DNA from: Herpetosiphon gulosus
GTDB lineage: Bacteria; Chloroflexota; Chloroflexia; Chloroflexales; Herpetosiphonaceae
NCBI RefSeq assembly: GCF_039545135.1
Contig: NZ_BAABRU010000004.1
Coordinates: 386,427 to 415,016 of the forward strand
Length of the DNA stretch: 28,590 bases
Direction of reading: 5' to 3'
A program made the translations under genes and the position numbers. This document shows, piece after piece, positions 25,746 through 28,590 of the stretch (positions are counted from its first letter, which is position 1; the number at the start of each line of letters is the position of its first letter). Under the pieces are notes generated by a model. The model searched no databases. It was not told the DNA's origin and worked only from the letters and a program-made list of their open reading frames with translations.

Positions 25746-26618
25746 TAATTCGTAAGAGAGTATTTCAAAATAAATAAATGATAGCCAATTAAGAAAGTTC
25801 TCATTAACTATTCCAAAAAATTCATTAGGATCAACTATTGATCCTGAATCAAAACTCTCATTTTTCCCTGTTAAAAAATGAAAATATTTATTCCTAATAT
25901 TAATAATCATTTTAATAATATGTCTATTAGTTGTTTTTATTTGAGAGTAAGGGGTTTTAGAATACACATTAGCCTCTAATACTTTTTCTATAGTTTTATA
26001 ATAAATTTCACCCCACGAAGGATGTTGAGATAATATATTAAAATCTACTGTAACATCTAGATTTGTGTCTTCTGTAATATCTTTCATAAAATTATCAAAT
26101 ATAGTTAGTTCTTTTTTATCCTTTGCAAAAAAAATTTGTAGTTTTTCAAAGGTTCCTTCAAAATTCTTAGTTCTAGATGCCCACATTAACGGAAGACAAT
26201 AAGATATTCTTTCTAAAATTCTATAGATATGAACAAATGATGATACATGGTTATTTATTGATTTTTGATAAAAATAATGACAAAATTCAAAAAATATCTC
26301 TCTATGAAACATAAAATTCTTTGAACGACTTCTCATTACGGCTTTATCAAATTCTATAATTGTGAATGGATTAATAGAATTTTCAATAATATTCCATGAA
26401 AATCTTTCATTTTTCTTAAAAGGTAAAATGAAATAATTATTCCTTTGTTTTAATATCTTATTAGAGAATTCACATTTAATATCCAAAAATCCAGATAGCA
26501 ATCTAACATTTAATGCCTTATATATAATATTAGATGATATTTGTAACGTAAAAGGTAGTTTATTAGAAATTCTTGGCGTTAGCATTTCTATTGGTGTAAA
26601 TCTTAATTGAATAGACAT
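25740..26618 (-). CDS. Hypothetical protein, partner of the DUF262-like protein (possible HEPN-like or DUF1524-like effector; unassigned)
   Basis: A 292-aa ORF encoded in very low-GC DNA. Its ATG 26618 follows a GAGG SD that overlaps the stop of the upstream gene (8-nt gap). It contains 'IINIRNKYFHF' (R-N-x3-H) and 'SQHPSWGE'. No family is confidently recognisable. Confidence 0.55.
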   Translation of the reverse strand: MSIQLRFTPIEMLTPRISNKLPFTLQISSNIIYKALNVRLLSGFLDIKCEFSNKILKQRNNYFILPFKKNERFSWNIIENSINPFTIIEFDKAVMRSRSKNFMFHREIFFEFCHYFYQKSINNHVSSFVHIYRILERISYCLPLMWASRTKNFEGTFEKLQIFFAKDKKELTIFDNFMKDITEDTNLDVTVDFNILSQHPSWGEIYYKTIEKVLEANVYSKTPYSQIKTTNRHIIKMIINIRNKYFHFLTGKNESFDSGSIVDPNEFFGIVNENFLNWLSFIYFEILSYELE

Positions 26619-26626
26619 TTAAAACC

Positions 26627-27649
26627 TCATTCCATTTCATTTAATAGTGATAGCATTTCTATCTCTTCTTTATTGATAAAATTATTAAAATTACTAATAA
26701 AATAATCAACAGACTTCCTTCTTTGAGAACTTAATCTTATTTTTGATGTATCAAATCCAGAAAACGTTTTCTCAAATTCCTTAACGGTTTGAGAAAAATC
26801 ATTAGGATCAATATTTATTAAGTATTGAAAATTCCTTCTTATCCCGACACAGAATCCTATTAGATTATTAAGATTCTTAAACCATTCCATATTATACTCA
26901 TTATCTACAACCATTTTATATATCAATTTAGTAATTTCATTAAACTCTAAATCATCACTTGTTATATCAGAATTTATTATCTTATCAGTTATTAATTCAT
27001 TCATTTTACTTTCTATTATTTTCTGATTTTCAATATTAGTGGAAGCACTTAAAAATGCAATATATGCATTAATAATATCTGATTTATTAAAAGATTCCTT
27101 TAAATTAGATTTATCTTTTTCGTTTTTTAGCGATAGAGAAAGGTTATCAAAATTATATATATTACCCATCAGTATTTCTATTTGATGTCTAACTGTCATT
27201 GGTCTTTGGCCATTATTTAGTGTAATCATTCTATAGAGTAAATTATCCATCGATTCACAAATTATAATATTAAGAAATATTCTTTTATTTCTATTTACTT
27301 TTTCATTATCTTTAATTCTATCAAGTGTATTTAATCTTTGTATACCATCAAGAATAAAAGCGTTATGTATCTCTCTATTTACATATTCCTCTATTTGGTT
27401 ATCGTTGTAATTATTTATAATGTCAATTTTATCAATAAATGCAATTGTTAGTGGAGGCATAATGCACCCATCAATTATATCCTTTTCTAATCTTTTATAA
27501 AATCTAGCTGATTGTAATTTTCTTTGTATATCCAATTTGTTTATCAATTCAATTAAGTTATCTATAGCAAAACTATAATTTGTAGAACCTGTTATGAATT
27601 TCCCTTTAATTACATCATCATAATCAATAGAAGAAATTTTGATTGACAT
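26627..27649 (-). CDS. DUF262 / ParB-like (GmrS-N-terminal-type, 'DGQQR') domain protein
   Basis: A 340-aa protein. 'KLDIQRKLQSARFYKRLEKDIIDGCIMPPLTIAFI' matches the (P)xYQR...DI..G.PI..I block. 'AFILDGIQRLNTL' matches (I/L)DGQQRLTT. 'YRMITLNNGQRPMTVRHQIE' matches F..lN.G..L...E. GAGGTG lies 5 nt before ATG 27649. Confidence 0.65.
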   Translation of the reverse strand: MSIKISSIDYDDVIKGKFITGSTNYSFAIDNLIELINKLDIQRKLQSARFYKRLEKDIIDGCIMPPLTIAFIDKIDIINNYNDNQIEEYVNREIHNAFILDGIQRLNTLDRIKDNEKVNRNKRIFLNIIICESMDNLLYRMITLNNGQRPMTVRHQIEILMGNIYNFDNLSLSLKNEKDKSNLKESFNKSDIINAYIAFLSASTNIENQKIIESKMNELITDKIINSDITSDDLEFNEITKLIYKMVVDNEYNMEWFKNLNNLIGFCVGIRRNFQYLINIDPNDFSQTVKEFEKTFSGFDTSKIRLSSQRRKSVDYFISNFNNFINKEEIEMLSLLNEME

Positions 27650-27685
27650 AAATTCACCTCATAGTATTTATCTGAATACTTAAAT

Positions 27686-27714
27686 ACTATACACTAGAAT
27701 TTTTATATGTCTAC
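27686..27714 (-). promoter_or_regulatory. Candidate sigma70-like promoter for the island operon
   Basis: On the - strand, TAGACA (-35, complement of 27709-27714) is followed by a 17-nt spacer and TATAGT (-10, complement of 27686-27691). This is about 35 nt upstream of the DUF262 gene's SD. Confidence 0.3.
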
Positions 27715-27744
27715 AGGTTAATTATGTAAATTACGGAGTAAAGG

Positions 27745-28590
27745 CTTAAGATTGTATACTTACGCCTGATGTGAGTTAGGCATCGTTGATGACCGTAAAG
27801 GTAAGCACATCGATCCCAAATCGTGCCCGCAACACCGCTTTCACGACCAAATGCGTCACCTTGCTGGCAATGCGGGTTACCAAGCCTTCCACGGTTTTGG
27901 CCAACAAGCGCTCACTATTGCGTCCGGTATTTTGCAGTTCATGAAACGTCCCTTCGATCCGTTCACGGATCGACCCCAGCAGGGCATCAAATGGAGCGGG
28001 ATTCCGCCGTTGGTTCTGGCGTTTGGCCGTCCAGATGCGATTCTTGGTTGTGGCGCGAACATCGTGTTGCCACCGTTCACCCAGAAACCCTTTATCCGCC
28101 CACACGTCGGCATTGCTGATCTGGTCCAAAATTTCGTCCGCAGCGGCCCGCTCATCGGTATGGGCTGGGACGAGGTCATAGGCCACCGGAATGCCATCGA
28201 GGGTCGTGAGCATGACGAGTTTATACCCAAAATAATGCAGTTTGCGACTGACACAATAGCCATAGCTCGCGCTTCCGGCGAAATCGCTGCGGGTTTTCGG
28301 GCGCGTATAGCCCATCACGGGAATCGGTTTGGTATCAAGGATGACCTGTGGGCAGTCCACCATGGCCCATGACGTGAGCCATGAGCGGCGTAAGGGTTCG
28401 AGCAGACCACACAGGCGGCGGGCATGGCGATTGAATTGGCTTTGGTGGGGCAGGGTTGGAAACAGATCACCATGGGTTGCCCGCAGAAAGCCTAAGAAGC
28501 CGCGTTCGCTGGGAAAGGGGACGAGATCCATCGCCAACAGGATGGTCAGCACCTCGCTTGGCGCGAGGGCTGGCGCAGGCCCTGGGGAAG
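27745..28590 (-). mobile_element. IS982-family (IS5 superfamily) insertion sequence, 3' end and most of the transposase; truncated by the window edge
   Basis: Composition returns to about 55% GC at about 27745. The transposase ORF is at 27776-28590 and remains open to the window end. It contains 'ILDTKPIPV', 'SASYGYCVSRKLHYFGYKLVMLTTLDGIPVAYDLVPAHTDER' and 'WADKGFLG', which match the IS982 DDE blocks (IDSFPIP / GY.A.K..YFYG.KxH / DKGY). The terminal inverted repeat cannot be defined without the other end. Confidence 0.7.
27776..28590 (-). CDS. IS982-family DDE transposase (5' end beyond the window, or GTG start at 28552)
   Basis: See the mobile_element entry. The frame remains open upstream of the GTG at 28552 to the window end. 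Confidence 0.7.
   Translation of the reverse strand, partial: SPGPAPALAPSEVLTILLAMDLVPFPSERGFLGFLRATHGDLFPTLPHQSQFNRHARRLCGLLEPLRRSWLTSWAMVDCPQVILDTKPIPVMGYTRPKTRSDFAGSASYGYCVSRKLHYFGYKLVMLTTLDGIPVAYDLVPAHTDERAAADEILDQISNADVWADKGFLGERWQHDVRATTKNRIWTAKRQNQRRNPAPFDALLGSIRERIEGTFHELQNTGRNSERLLAKTVEGLVTRIASKVTHLVVKAVLRARFGIDVLTFTVINDA

Noticed and set aside
25740-27649. Possibility that the low-GC genes are a DndB-like (DGQHR) DNA phosphorothioation-associated factor
   Set aside because: The motif is DGIQR, not DGQHR, and the downstream N-x-G-x-x-P...E block favours DUF262. No dndACDE-like or sspBCD-like genes are present in the window. The possibility is kept only as an alternative to test by HMM.

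Overview
This is a 28.6-kb chromosomal segment from a bacterium of about 50% G+C. The DnaK and HtpG sequences suggest a Chloroflexi-like origin, but that is only an inference. Most of the window is housekeeping and stress genes (panB, deoC, htpG, dnaK, an IMPase, an HAD phosphatase, an MBL hydrolase). It also carries signalling and cell-surface genes: a hybrid GAF-PAS histidine kinase with receiver domain, an HD-GYP-like protein, two GT4 glycosyltransferases, an MFS transporter, a secreted S1 protease and two tandem paralogous CAP/SCP-like secreted proteins. Other genes are a beta-class N6/N4 DNA methyltransferase in an operon with an unknown protein, a small RNA-ligase-like nucleotidyltransferase, and a secreted protein built from five near-identical 23-aa tandem repeats. 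Two dispersed intergenic repeat families are present. One is a GC-rich nested palindrome ('CCCTCACCCCCTAGCCCCCTCTCCCGC...GGGAGAGGGGTTGGGGGTGAGGG'). The other is purine-rich and built around 'AGAACATAG', 'ATCAAAAGGCAAAAG' and 'GATGAGGGATGA'. Several clean hairpin terminators are visible. The most unusual feature is an abrupt ~2-kb low-GC island at about 25.7-27.8 kb. It lies between a GT4 gene and an IS982-family transposase. It encodes a translationally coupled pair: a DUF262/ParB-like ('DGQQR'-type) protein and a 292-aa partner with no assignable family but an R-N-x3-H (HEPN-like) motif. This looks like a horizontally acquired, possibly undescribed, defence or abortive-infection module. Coordinates of small features may be off by 1-2 nt.
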